From: an uncultured Deferribacteres bacterium
Lineage (GTDB): Bacteria > Zhuqueibacterota > Zhuqueibacteria > Zhuqueibacterales > Geothermadaptataceae
Assembly: GCA_964014485.1 (NCBI GenBank)
Contig: CAXHAT010000035.1
Span: forward strand, 1-49,083
Reading direction: 5' to 3'
Length of the DNA: 49,083 nucleotides
This document shows, piece after piece, positions 8,322 to 17,014 of the stretch (the first letter of the stretch is position 1; the number at the start of each line of letters is the position of its first letter). A program made the translations under genes and the position numbers. The notes beneath the pieces are model-generated. The model saw only the letters and a list, made by a program, of their open reading frames with translations. It ran no database searches and was not told the origin of the DNA.

Positions 8322-9449
8322 ATGAGAAAGACGCGCACGCTTCAACGCTTTTTTCAACTTACAATACTCTTCGTGACGAGCACCGGGTGTTCAGCGGAAT
8401 ATCTCGAGGCTCCCGGCTCCGCAAACCAAACGCCAATCGAAAACGGAGACGGCTGGCAGACAGCCGCGCCGGCGAGCGTCGATCTTGATACGGCAAAACT
8501 CGCCCTCATCTATGATTTTATACAAAGCGATATTCACGAGGATTTCCACAGCCTCGTCGTTGTAAAAGACAAAAAACTGGTCATTGACCGATACTACAAC
8601 GGCTATGATCTCAACTCGACAAATGACATCAGATCCGCAACCAAAAGTATCACCTCTGCTCTGGTAGGCTTGGCGATAGAAGACGGATACATCGAAGGTC
8701 TCGATACAAAGATTCTGACGTTCTTGCAAGACTATGCCCCATTCGCTCATGATAGTCCCCAAAAACAAGCTGTCACGATAGAAAATCTGCTCACGATGGC
8801 TTCCGGATTTGATGCGAACGCCGACGATGCCGCATCGCCGGGCCATGAAGATCGTCTGTTTGAAGCGGACGATTGGATACGTTTTTGTCTGGACGTGCCC
8901 ATGGCAAACGAACCTGGCGAAGTCTGGGCGTATACGTCAATGAACACATTCCTTCTTGGAGCGATCATAGCCAAAGCCTCAAATGAGACATTGCAGGAAT
9001 ATTCGCATCGTCGGCTTTTTCAGCCGCTCGGTATGAAAAACTATCGATGGTCCACAACGCCGCGCGGCGATGTTATTGCTCAGGGTAATTTTTTTATCAC
9101 TGCGCGTGACATGGCGAAAATAGGGTCGCTGTATCTAAATGATGGAAGATGGGGTGAAGCGCAGGTTTTGCCTGCGGATTGGGTCAAAGAGTCGCTCAAA
9201 GGACGGTATCCCGTCTCCTGGGACGGCTATGATCAATACGGATATCAATGGTACACGCACTCACTTTCAATTCGCGGCAAAAGTGTGAAATACTATCTTG
9301 CGTCTGGAAACGGAGGCAATAAAATCTACGTGATCCCCGAACATCGCATGGTCGTTGCTATAGCGAGTTCTGGTTACAACAGAGGGCACAGCCATCCGAG
9401 GTCGCTTGCCATTTTGCGCATGTTGCTGCTCTCAGTGAATGAAACATAA
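8322..9449 (+). CDS. Serine hydrolase, beta-lactamase/AmpC-like family, probable lipoprotein
   Basis: SxxK in IRSATKS, LLTMASG, PGEVWAYTS, ARDMAKIG, YGYQW and ASGNGG; lipobox STGC; start reassigned to ATG 8322. Confidence 0.85.
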   Translation: MRKTRTLQRFFQLTILFVTSTGCSAEYLEAPGSANQTPIENGDGWQTAAPASVDLDTAKLALIYDFIQSDIHEDFHSLVVVKDKKLVIDRYYNGYDLNSTNDIRSATKSITSALVGLAIEDGYIEGLDTKILTFLQDYAPFAHDSPQKQAVTIENLLTMASGFDANADDAASPGHEDRLFEADDWIRFCLDVPMANEPGEVWAYTSMNTFLLGAIIAKASNETLQEYSHRRLFQPLGMKNYRWSTTPRGDVIAQGNFFITARDMAKIGSLYLNDGRWGEAQVLPADWVKESLKGRYPVSWDGYDQYGYQWYTHSLSIRGKSVKYYLASGNGGNKIYVIPEHRMVVAIASSGYNRGHSHPRSLAILRMLLLSVNET

Positions 9450-9544
9450 CCGCAGCATCGTGTTGACCCAGAACAGCTGGCGCTGTTTCGGGTCAAGGCA
9501 CGTTTTGCTGGCTGTTTTGGGCGCCACATGCGCAACCGTTATCG
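9444..9544 (+). other. Integron attC site (near canonical)
   Basis: R'' ACATAAC contains the upstream stop codon; 5-nt spacer; L'' CAT[C]GTGT pairs with L' CCACATG with an extra C at position 4; tg[a]cccagaacagc/gctgttttgggcg gives a second extra base; R' GTTATCG. Confidence 0.8.
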
Positions 9545-9609
9545 CACATTGTATGTCTGGCGAATCGCCTTACCGATGGAACTGAAAAAGATTGGAGTAG
9601 AAGGGAAAC

Positions 9610-11430
9610 ATGAAACGACCAATTCTTTTCCTATTCGCGATACCTTTCGTCTGGCTGCTGCTCGGCTGCAGCGCCAATTCTCCAGAAGTTAACCAACAAT
9701 CGACCAAGCCTCCTCCATTCACCCTCTCCCCCGCCGCATGGCCTGACGGCGAAGTAGCGCATTATCTCGCCATGGACGATCGCAGCTTTCCGGATAACCC
9801 CGTGGCAATGGGCGGCAATGGGGCCGTTACGACCACATACCACGCCGCAGCCTCGCGTGCTGGTCTCGAAGCCCTGCAGCAGGGCGGCAGCTCCGTCGAC
9901 GCCGCGATGACGACGGCGTTGACGCAAATTGCCTTGAATGCCGGGGCAGTGATCAGCTATTTCGGCATCATCAACATGATGCACTACGATGCGGCCTCGG
10001 GGGAAATGGTCAGCATGGACGCGACGTGGAATACGGTGCAGAACGAAACCGATCCTTCGTCGATTCCCAGAATGCAGTTGACCGGAGATATCAAAGACTT
10101 TTTCAAAGATCGTGAACTCAGCGGACGGACGGCGCTTGTCGGAGGGTTTATGAAAGGGGTGGAAGCAGCGCACAAAAGATACGGCAAACTGCCCTTCGCG
10201 CGATTGTTCGATCCAGCGATCTATTTTGCTGAAAACGGCTTCGCTCTGTCAAAAGCCACGTCACGATTTTTTGAGCAGCGCAAGAAAGCGCTGGAGCGGC
10301 TGCCTGAAACGCGAGCGACGATGCTAAAACTGGACGGCAGTCTTTACCAGGCCGGCGACCTATTCAAACAGACGACCTTGGCAAACACCTTAAAACAGAT
10401 TGCCGAAAATGGCGCGGACTACATGTATACAGGCCCCTGGGCTGAAAAAGCCATCGCCGCAATCCAGACGGAAGGCGGTAAAATGACGACGCGGGATCTC
10501 GCGGATTATGAAGTACAGTGGACACAGCCGATTCGCGCCAAGTACGGTGATTACGAAGTCGCTGTTCTCGGTCCTCCCGCGCAGGGATCGATCAACCTGA
10601 TTGAAGCGCTCAATCTGGCCCATGTGGCAAAGATACCGGAATTGGGGCACTGGTCGAAGAAAGCGGAGTCGCTGCGACGAATTTCGGATGTAACAAACAT
10701 GTTTGGCCTGTCTCTTTTGACGCCTTCTATAAAGGCCATGATCTATCCAGATCTCGATTTATCGAATGAATCGCGTTTAAAAATGGAGACCGCTAATGCC
10801 CTCTGGGAGCGTATGGAAAACGGCGCCAAAATCGTTCGGTATGCTGACAAGGCGCCAAAGCACTCGGACACGGTAGTTGCGATTGATCAATGGGGCAACA
10901 TGACTGCGGTCACACACTCGATCAACTGCGTCGTCTGGGGAGCGGAAGCTATTGTCGTGGACGGCGTGACGATCGGTGACCCTGCGTCTTTTCAGCAGGC
11001 GCAAATTGCCCAGGTCGGACCCGGGAAGCGTTTGCCTTCCCCAATCGAAGTCGGCGTCGTCAGCAGAAACGGCGTGCCGGTTCTGCCGTTTGCCTCGATG
11101 GCGACCGGGCTGCACCAGCAAACGGTACAGTCTCTGCTGAATTTTATCGCTTTTGACATGGACGCCAAGCAAGCAGTCGACGCGCCAGCGATCTTCTTAC
11201 CGAGGATCGATATATCTAATCCCCTGGCGCCGAAATATACTGTTCGCGTCATGCAGGGCGCGTTTCCTGAAAAGGTAAGGGAAGACAGCGGATTGCCGAT
11301 TCTTGCCCTGCCGGCGAGCGAGCGTCGCTATACCCAGGGATTATGGATTGCCATCCATCGTGATCCGGTCAGCGGAGAATTGCAAGCCGTCTCGCCGCCG
11401 TATGCCACCGGACGCGCTCTCGCCTACTAA
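9610..11430 (+). CDS. Gamma-glutamyltransferase-family Ntn hydrolase, lipoprotein
   Basis: GLEALQQGGSSVDAA, AHKRYGKLPFARLFDPAIYFAENGF, DLADYE, VAIDQWGNMTAVTHSIN and GPGKRLPS; lipobox LLGC. Confidence 0.88.
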   Translation: MKRPILFLFAIPFVWLLLGCSANSPEVNQQSTKPPPFTLSPAAWPDGEVAHYLAMDDRSFPDNPVAMGGNGAVTTTYHAAASRAGLEALQQGGSSVDAAMTTALTQIALNAGAVISYFGIINMMHYDAASGEMVSMDATWNTVQNETDPSSIPRMQLTGDIKDFFKDRELSGRTALVGGFMKGVEAAHKRYGKLPFARLFDPAIYFAENGFALSKATSRFFEQRKKALERLPETRATMLKLDGSLYQAGDLFKQTTLANTLKQIAENGADYMYTGPWAEKAIAAIQTEGGKMTTRDLADYEVQWTQPIRAKYGDYEVAVLGPPAQGSINLIEALNLAHVAKIPELGHWSKKAESLRRISDVTNMFGLSLLTPSIKAMIYPDLDLSNESRLKMETANALWERMENGAKIVRYADKAPKHSDTVVAIDQWGNMTAVTHSINCVVWGAEAIVVDGVTIGDPASFQQAQIAQVGPGKRLPSPIEVGVVSRNGVPVLPFASMATGLHQQTVQSLLNFIAFDMDAKQAVDAPAIFLPRIDISNPLAPKYTVRVMQGAFPEKVREDSGLPILALPASERRYTQGLWIAIHRDPVSGELQAVSPPYATGRALAY

Positions 11431-11462
11431 TCGGTAGCTACAAAAGTGTATTCGAAAAAAAG

Positions 11463-11582
11463 ATGGTCAAAATTCAGAAATCACTCGAAGCTGCAACTGT
11501 GATTGACGGACACAGCCATGTGCTCATCCCGCTCATCGAAGGCAAGATGAACATCGCCGTTCGTGGTCTGGACTTTTCTTGA
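11463..11582 (+). pseudogene. Possible N-terminal fragment of a membrane dipeptidase (M19)/amidohydrolase
   Basis: Translates MVKIQKSLEAATVIDGHSHVLIPLIEGKMNIAVRGLDFS*; VIDGHS resembles the first metal-binding motif; ends after 39 aa. Confidence 0.4.
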
Positions 11583-11634
11583 TATGCGGTGCGTCTCAGG
11601 ACGTTTTTTTGTTTTCGCTGCTGTTTTTTCACAG

Positions 11635-11897
11635 GCGAGAGCGAAAGCGCCTAACATACCTATTCTTCAAGCGCGTGTAGGCACGATGCAAGGCTTGTTT
11701 TTCACCGACCAACCCGTCACCGACTACGCCTCGGCCAAACTTTGCGACACAGACCGCTTCGCCAAATTCTTTCACGCCATACTCAAACGCGGAGTCTATT
11801 TCGCCCCTTCGCAGTTTGAAACAGGATTTCTTTCGATTGCGCACACCGGCATAGAAATCGAAAAACGATCCAGGCCGCTGAAGAAAATTTTGAATAA
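11635..11897 (+). pseudogene. hemL: 5'-truncated duplicate of the hemL 3' end (copy 3) with a 1-nt frameshift
   Basis: [40 protein letters not shown] aligns to hemL 4973-5239; one A is missing at ...gaaaaacgatccag; the original frame ends in FE-TAA at 11897. Confidence 0.92.
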
Positions 11898-12330
11898 AAA
11901 AATCGCTTCTTGAGTTTCTTACAATACCAAAGCGATTTTTTGCGCGCAAAGTGATATTCCCCAGGCAGTCTTATAATCGTAACCTGCAAAGCTTCCTCGA
12001 CATCTTCGCCTGCCCAATAATTTGAGTGTAAATGAATTTGCCTGATTCAGAACACTTATTTTGCAATGAAGCGCAATCATCAAACATAGAAACCGCTTAC
12101 AATCAAAAGCTGATGCGCTTGACTCCAATTCTCGGATAGCTTCCAAGTAAAAGCTGCGTCTGGCATATTCCCGGGGCGCTTAAATTTGCACGCCGATCTT
12201 TCGTCGCCGGAAACTATCTCCGGTTTTTGACTCGTGAACGTTCATTCCCGTCAATTGTCGAAAGCTCTCGGCATTCTTCGCCAGTGTTTCGTTGTTTGTT
12301 CTGAATCGACGAAGCGTGTTGGAACACAAA

Positions 12331-14574
12331 ATGAAAAATCAAATACAAATGCGGCGCTTTCTAAGCTTCGCGTGTTTTGCGGCTGTGGGGTTAACTTCTC
12401 TCATTAGCGCTCAAACAAAGTACAGCGTTGTGTCTGGCCGGGTGACGGTTGGCGACGGTCAGCCGATGATCGGAGTGAATGTTTTTGTCGTCGGGTCGTT
12501 TCACGGCGGGGTGAGCGATGCGGACGGGCGGTTTTCGTTTAAAACGAATCGTCTTGGCGCGCAGAAAATTCAGGCAAAATTTATCGGCTACGAGACGGCG
12601 GAACGAACAATCCGTTTGGCTGCTGGAGATACGGTTTTTGTTGAATTTTCTTTAAAGAAAACGCTGCTCATGCTGGAAGAAGCCGTCGTTACAGCGAGTG
12701 CATTTACCACCGGCGATCAGAAAGGCGTCACCCTCGGCAGCATGGACGTGGTCACCACGCCGGGGGCGGCGGCGGACGTTTTTCTGGCGATCAAGACGTT
12801 TCCGGGCGTGGCGATGGTGGATGAAGGCTCCGGCTTGTTCGTGCGCGGCGGCGACGTCACGGAAACAGTGACTTTACTCGACCAGGCAACCGTGGCGCAT
12901 CCCTACAAATATGAATCGCCGACCGGCGGGGTTTTTGGTACGATCTCGCCGTTTTTGGTCAAAGGCACGTTCTTCTCCTCCGGCGGATTTTCCGCCAAGT
13001 ACGGCAATGCGCTCTCCGGCGTTCTGGCGATGGAGAGCGAGGATATGCCGGAGCGCACGGAATACACGCTCGGCGTTGGCCTGGCCGCCGGTTCCGCCGG
13101 GCTCAACACCAAATTGGCGAACGACAAATTCGGTCTGCGTTTTTCGGGCAATCGCAGCTCGACGAGCGCGATGTTTCGCCTCAACGGGCGCAGAAACGAT
13201 TTCACCACCACGCCGAAAGGAGTCGATGGTAATCTCAGCCTGATTTACCGCTACTCGCCGAGCGGACAAATCAAATTTTTCAATTTTGGCTCTAACTCGC
13301 ACTTGGGCGTGCGTGTGGCGCAGCCCTCGTTCGACGGAATTTTTGAAAGCGAGGAAAACAACGCGCTGCACAACATTCAATGGCGCGAAATTTTTTCCGG
13401 CTGGTTGGCCAAAACGAGCCTTTCGCTCAACCGCTTTGAATCGCAAACAAAATTCGGCAATCTTGATCTCGATCAACGCGACCGAACCGCCAAACTCCGC
13501 CTGGATTTGGAGAAAGAACTGGCGGAGAAATTGAATCTGGTGACCGGCTTTGAAATCGAGCGCGTCAGCAATCGTTTCACCGGCGAAACGCCGTTTTACA
13601 ATGACGTGTTAGACGAGAACGCACTGGTTTACAGTTTCGACGAAGATTACGCGACAGTGCGCCCAGGAGCGTGGGTTGAATCGGACGTTCAGGTGAATCG
13701 GCGCATTTTTGCGAAGCTGGGCTTGCGCGCGGATTACCATAATTTGGCCGAGCAAACGATTCTCGATCCTCGGTTTTCATTGCGTTATCAAATGACGAAA
13801 TCGCGCAATGTGCGTTTTTCCTGGGGACGGTACCAGCAGTTTCCGGGCGCTTTTCTTTTCAACGCCGAGAGCGGCAATCCTAATTTGCGGGCGCAGCGCG
13901 CCGAACATCGCATCGTGACATTTGAGCAAAATTTCAAGCATGGCCAACTGCGTGTGGAAGCTTACGATAAAAAATATGACGGGCTGGCGCTGCGTCACAG
14001 TGACTTAAATTACGCCAACATCGGCGACGGCTACTCGCGCGGTCTGGATTTTTTCCTGCGTTATGGCGCTTTCCTGCAAACGCCCGTGGACGGCTGGATT
14101 TCGTACAGCTTTTTACGCTCGGAAAGACGGCTTGTGCGAGACGAAGCGGGAGATTTTTTTTATGAAAATGCGCGCTCCAATTTTGACATTACCCACAACT
14201 TGACCGTGGTCGCCAAAACGCGCATCTGGGAAACGCTTTCGTTTGGCGCGACGTGGCGCTACGCGACGGGCCGCCCGGTCACGCCGATTATTGCGGCGGA
14301 ATTGCAGCAGCCGGAAAATTTTTATCTGCCGATTGAAGGGCCGGTGAACAGCGAGCGCTTGCCCGGATTTCAGCGACTCGATCTCAATCTCAGCTATTAC
14401 CAATCGTTCGGTTACGGGAACGCGTTCATTTTCTACGTCGCTTTGTCGAACGCGCTGAATCGAAAAAATATTTTGGCGTACGATTACAGCTTCGATTATT
14501 CAACCCGCACGCCGCGTGAGACCAATTACCAACGGTTTGTTTATTTTGGCTTTACAGTGACGATCTTGAATTGA
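12331..14574 (+). CDS. TonB-dependent receptor with an N-terminal carboxypeptidase-regulatory-like domain
   Basis: Signal peptide; SGRVT...GVNVFV...SDADGRF; plug motifs GLFVRGG and GGFSAKYGNALSGVL; barrel motifs LGLRADY, LDPRFSLRY and RLDLNLSY. Confidence 0.9.
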   Translation: MKNQIQMRRFLSFACFAAVGLTSLISAQTKYSVVSGRVTVGDGQPMIGVNVFVVGSFHGGVSDADGRFSFKTNRLGAQKIQAKFIGYETAERTIRLAAGDTVFVEFSLKKTLLMLEEAVVTASAFTTGDQKGVTLGSMDVVTTPGAAADVFLAIKTFPGVAMVDEGSGLFVRGGDVTETVTLLDQATVAHPYKYESPTGGVFGTISPFLVKGTFFSSGGFSAKYGNALSGVLAMESEDMPERTEYTLGVGLAAGSAGLNTKLANDKFGLRFSGNRSSTSAMFRLNGRRNDFTTTPKGVDGNLSLIYRYSPSGQIKFFNFGSNSHLGVRVAQPSFDGIFESEENNALHNIQWREIFSGWLAKTSLSLNRFESQTKFGNLDLDQRDRTAKLRLDLEKELAEKLNLVTGFEIERVSNRFTGETPFYNDVLDENALVYSFDEDYATVRPGAWVESDVQVNRRIFAKLGLRADYHNLAEQTILDPRFSLRYQMTKSRNVRFSWGRYQQFPGAFLFNAESGNPNLRAQRAEHRIVTFEQNFKHGQLRVEAYDKKYDGLALRHSDLNYANIGDGYSRGLDFFLRYGAFLQTPVDGWISYSFLRSERRLVRDEAGDFFYENARSNFDITHNLTVVAKTRIWETLSFGATWRYATGRPVTPIIAAELQQPENFYLPIEGPVNSERLPGFQRLDLNLSYYQSFGYGNAFIFYVALSNALNRKNILAYDYSFDYSTRTPRETNYQRFVYFGFTVTILN

Positions 14575-14596
14575 AATCTGAAGTATGTTCTATAAG

Positions 14597-14678
14597 GCAG
14601 AGAGCGCAAAGACGCGGAGTAATCGCAGAGAAAATTCTAAAAAACTCTGTGATTGCTCTGCGCTTTTGCGTTCTCTGC
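14597..14678. repeat. Long imperfect hairpin of the CGCAGAG...CTCTGCG repeat type
   Basis: gcagagagcgcaaagacgcggagtaatcgcagag pairs with ctctgtgattgctctgcgcttttgcgttctctgc; half copy at ~2186-2213. Confidence 0.7.
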
Positions 14679-14722
14679 GTTGAGTTTAAACTATTTCAAG
14701 AAAAAAACTTGGGAGATTGGAA

Positions 14723-15481
14723 ATGGTTAAGAAAACGTTTTGTGTGATTTTCATTTTGGCAGCGACTTCGATAGCGCCCGGACAGGAATCTGAAGCTGAA
14801 AAAGCTTTATTTGAAGGCAGGGCTATGTTGCAGGCCGGGTTGAACGAATGGAACGCTGAAAAAATGATCGCGGCACGTGCGCTTTTTGAGCGACTCAGTG
14901 CGGACAAAACGCTCGCGGCGATGGCGCACTACGAAGTCGGCCACGCCGGTTATCGCTTGTCCATTTTTTACCGTCAGGATGATGTTAAAAAGTCAATCTC
15001 GTACCTGGACGACGGCGTCAAGCATCTGGAAAAAGCCACGGAACTTGACAACAAATTTGCCGACGCCTTCGCTTTGTTGAGCAGTTGCTATGGCCAAAAG
15101 ATCGGGCACGATATGTCGCTGGCGATGACTTTGGGCCCAATGTCTTATCAAAAAATGGGGCAGGCAATGCGGCTGGAACCGGAAAATCCGCGCGTTTTGC
15201 TGCTGGACGGCATGAGCAAGTACTACACGCCGGAGCAATTTGGCGGCAGCAAAGAGGCTGGTCTAAAATTGTTTGAACAGGCTGTGGAAAGCTTTTCTAA
15301 TTTCAAAAGAGCGTCGAAATTCCATCCGGATTGGGGTGAGGATGAAGCGCACGCCTGGATTGGTCTTTCGTATTTGGAAAAAGGCGAAAATACGACCGCA
15401 AAGCAGCACCTTGAGCGAGCCTTGAAAATTAACCCCGAAAACAACTGGGTAAAAACGCAGCTTTTGCCGCGCCTCAATTAG
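14723..15481 (+). CDS. Secreted tetratricopeptide-repeat protein
   Basis: Signal peptide; TPR-like helices (AMRLEPENPRV, ALKINPENNW); YYTPEQFGGSK and PDWG motifs. Confidence 0.85.
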   Translation: MVKKTFCVIFILAATSIAPGQESEAEKALFEGRAMLQAGLNEWNAEKMIAARALFERLSADKTLAAMAHYEVGHAGYRLSIFYRQDDVKKSISYLDDGVKHLEKATELDNKFADAFALLSSCYGQKIGHDMSLAMTLGPMSYQKMGQAMRLEPENPRVLLLDGMSKYYTPEQFGGSKEAGLKLFEQAVESFSNFKRASKFHPDWGEDEAHAWIGLSYLEKGENTTAKQHLERALKINPENNWVKTQLLPRLN

Positions 15482-15537
15482 TCATTGGCGTTAGAGCGTT
15501 TTTTGACTGGACTCACACGATCAACAAGATTGATTTT

Positions 15538-16551
15538 CTATTTGTTCTCTCCAAAAACTTTCAAAAGCCGTTTCGCCGCCGCTGACGGCGATGTTTTTCC
15601 GGCGGTCACTTTCGTTTCCAACTTTTCCAACTCTCGCCGGACTTGTTCATTTGTCCAAAAAAGACGCGACAATGCGCTGTTGATCGACTCGTGCATCCAT
15701 GCCCTCGCCTGCGCGCCTCTCCTTTTTTCAAAAGCGTCGTTCTTGGCGCCCGCCTCGTGAAATTTTTCGATCAAGCGCCAAATTTCCGGGACGCCTTCGC
15801 CGGTCAGCGCAGAGGCTGTCAGCGCCTTTGTTTTCCACCGTGCCGTCGCCGGCGTCAAATATCTCAAGGCTGTCGCAAGCTCCTGTCGGGCGGCTTGGGC
15901 GCGCGTTTTGTTGTCGCCGTCAGCTTTATTCACGACGATGGCGTCAGCCATTTCGATCACGCCGCGCTTAATGCCCTGCAATTCGTCGCCGCTTCCGGCG
16001 ATTTGCAAAAGCAGGAAAAAATCAACCATGCCGCGCACCAGAAATTCGCTCTGCCCGACGCCGACGGTTTCGACAATAATAACGTCGAATCCAGCGGCTT
16101 CGCAAAGCAGAATCGTCTCGCGCGTTTTTTCGGCAACGCCGCCAAGTTCCCCCCGCGAGGGCGACGGCCGGATAAAGCTGTTTGAGCTGCGGGAAAGTTT
16201 TTCCATGCGCGTTTTGTCGCCAAGAATGCTGCCGCCGGAAACCTGACTGCTTGGATCTACCGCCAGCACCGCCACTCGGCTCCCTTGTTCAATGACATGC
16301 ATTCCCAACGCTTCGATGAATGTACTCTTACCCGCCCCGGGCGCGCCGGTCATACCAATTCGAATCGATTTTCCGGCATGCGGCATGATCCGTTCGATCA
16401 ACTTCTGCGCCTGCTCCCGGTGCGCTTCCGAACCGCTTTCGATTAATGTGATCGCCCGTGCGAGCATGGTCGTTTTACGTTCGAGAACGCCTTCCGCCAA
16501 AGCTTCAATCGTTAAGGTTTTTCGTACAGAACGCGTTTTTTGCTCTTTCAT
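15538..16551 (-). CDS. meaB: Methylmalonyl-CoA mutase-associated GTPase MeaB/ArgK
   Basis: GMTGAPGAGKST, VLAVDPSS, GGSILGDKTRM, ETVGVGQSE, GDELQGIKRG and NKAD. Confidence 0.95.
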   Translation of the reverse strand: MKEQKTRSVRKTLTIEALAEGVLERKTTMLARAITLIESGSEAHREQAQKLIERIMPHAGKSIRIGMTGAPGAGKSTFIEALGMHVIEQGSRVAVLAVDPSSQVSGGSILGDKTRMEKLSRSSNSFIRPSPSRGELGGVAEKTRETILLCEAAGFDVIIVETVGVGQSEFLVRGMVDFFLLLQIAGSGDELQGIKRGVIEMADAIVVNKADGDNKTRAQAARQELATALRYLTPATARWKTKALTASALTGEGVPEIWRLIEKFHEAGAKNDAFEKRRGAQARAWMHESINSALSRLFWTNEQVRRELEKLETKVTAGKTSPSAAAKRLLKVFGENK

Positions 16552-16572
16552 GTTTTTCAATTTATCGGGGTA

Positions 16573-16787
16573 TTTACTACCTGATACTTTTTATATCACT
16601 CCTTCGGAGTTTGGTAAAGATGATTTGGTTCGGATTTTTCTATAATCATTCCACCCCTGTCGGGGTTTTTGCCGCCTGAAAACCCCGACAGGGGTGGAAT
16701 GATTATAGAAAATGCGCCAAAATTCTTCCCTGAAACCCCGAATGGGGTGATATGAAATCACAGCATCAAAAAGTGTCAGGTAGTGAA
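16573..16787. mobile_element. MITE copy A (TIR TTTACTACCTGATACTTTTT / AAAAAGTGTCAGGTAGTGAA) carrying a long palindrome
   Basis: 8-bp direct repeat TCGGGGTA on both sides (16565-72, 16788-95); internal >30-bp perfect stem tttctataatcattccacccctgtcggggtttt. Confidence 0.85.
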
Positions 16788-16876
16788 TCGGGGTAAAATC
16801 CATTTTGTATGCTTCAATTATTCGTGTTCAGCTTCCCAACCGCATTGACGGCCTTAGCTTGCAATTAACCGACGTA

Positions 16877-16907
16877 ACTCTGACAGGGTTCAGAACCCTG
16901 GCAGAGT
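16877..16907. repeat. Short REP-like palindrome
   Basis: actctgacagggtt-cag-aaccctggcagagt. Confidence 0.55.
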
Positions 16908-16941
16908 AAAAAGTTATTCAAAATCGAAGCGCCCTACTCAT

Positions 16942-16978
16942 AAAAAAGCCCCGACCTTTGAAAAGATCGAGGCTTTTT
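16942..16978 (-). terminator. Intrinsic terminator downstream of the CBS gene (possibly bidirectional)
   Basis: aaaaaagccccgacct...agatcgaggcttttt stem with A/T tracts on both sides. Confidence 0.65.
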
Positions 16979-17014
16979 CGTCTTAAAGAAATTTACAAAT
17001 TCGAAATCGCGCGA

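Noticed and set aside
11649..11655. GCCTAAC as the R'' box of a further attC
   Set aside because: It lies inside hemL-homologous sequence (GCACAAC in the gene) and has no matching L or R' boxes
5000..11897. hemL tail copies as template/variable repeats of a diversity-generating retroelement
   Set aside because: Differences are mostly third-position and not adenine-specific, and there is no reverse transcriptase in the window
5000..11897. hemL tail copies as a pure assembly duplication
   Set aside because: The copies differ at many positions, have distinct flanks and one has a frameshift; read mapping is still needed to exclude strain chimerism
16591..16803. ORFs with a repeated FYNHSTPVGVF peptide on both strands
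   Set aside because: Translation artefact of the palindrome inside MITE copy A
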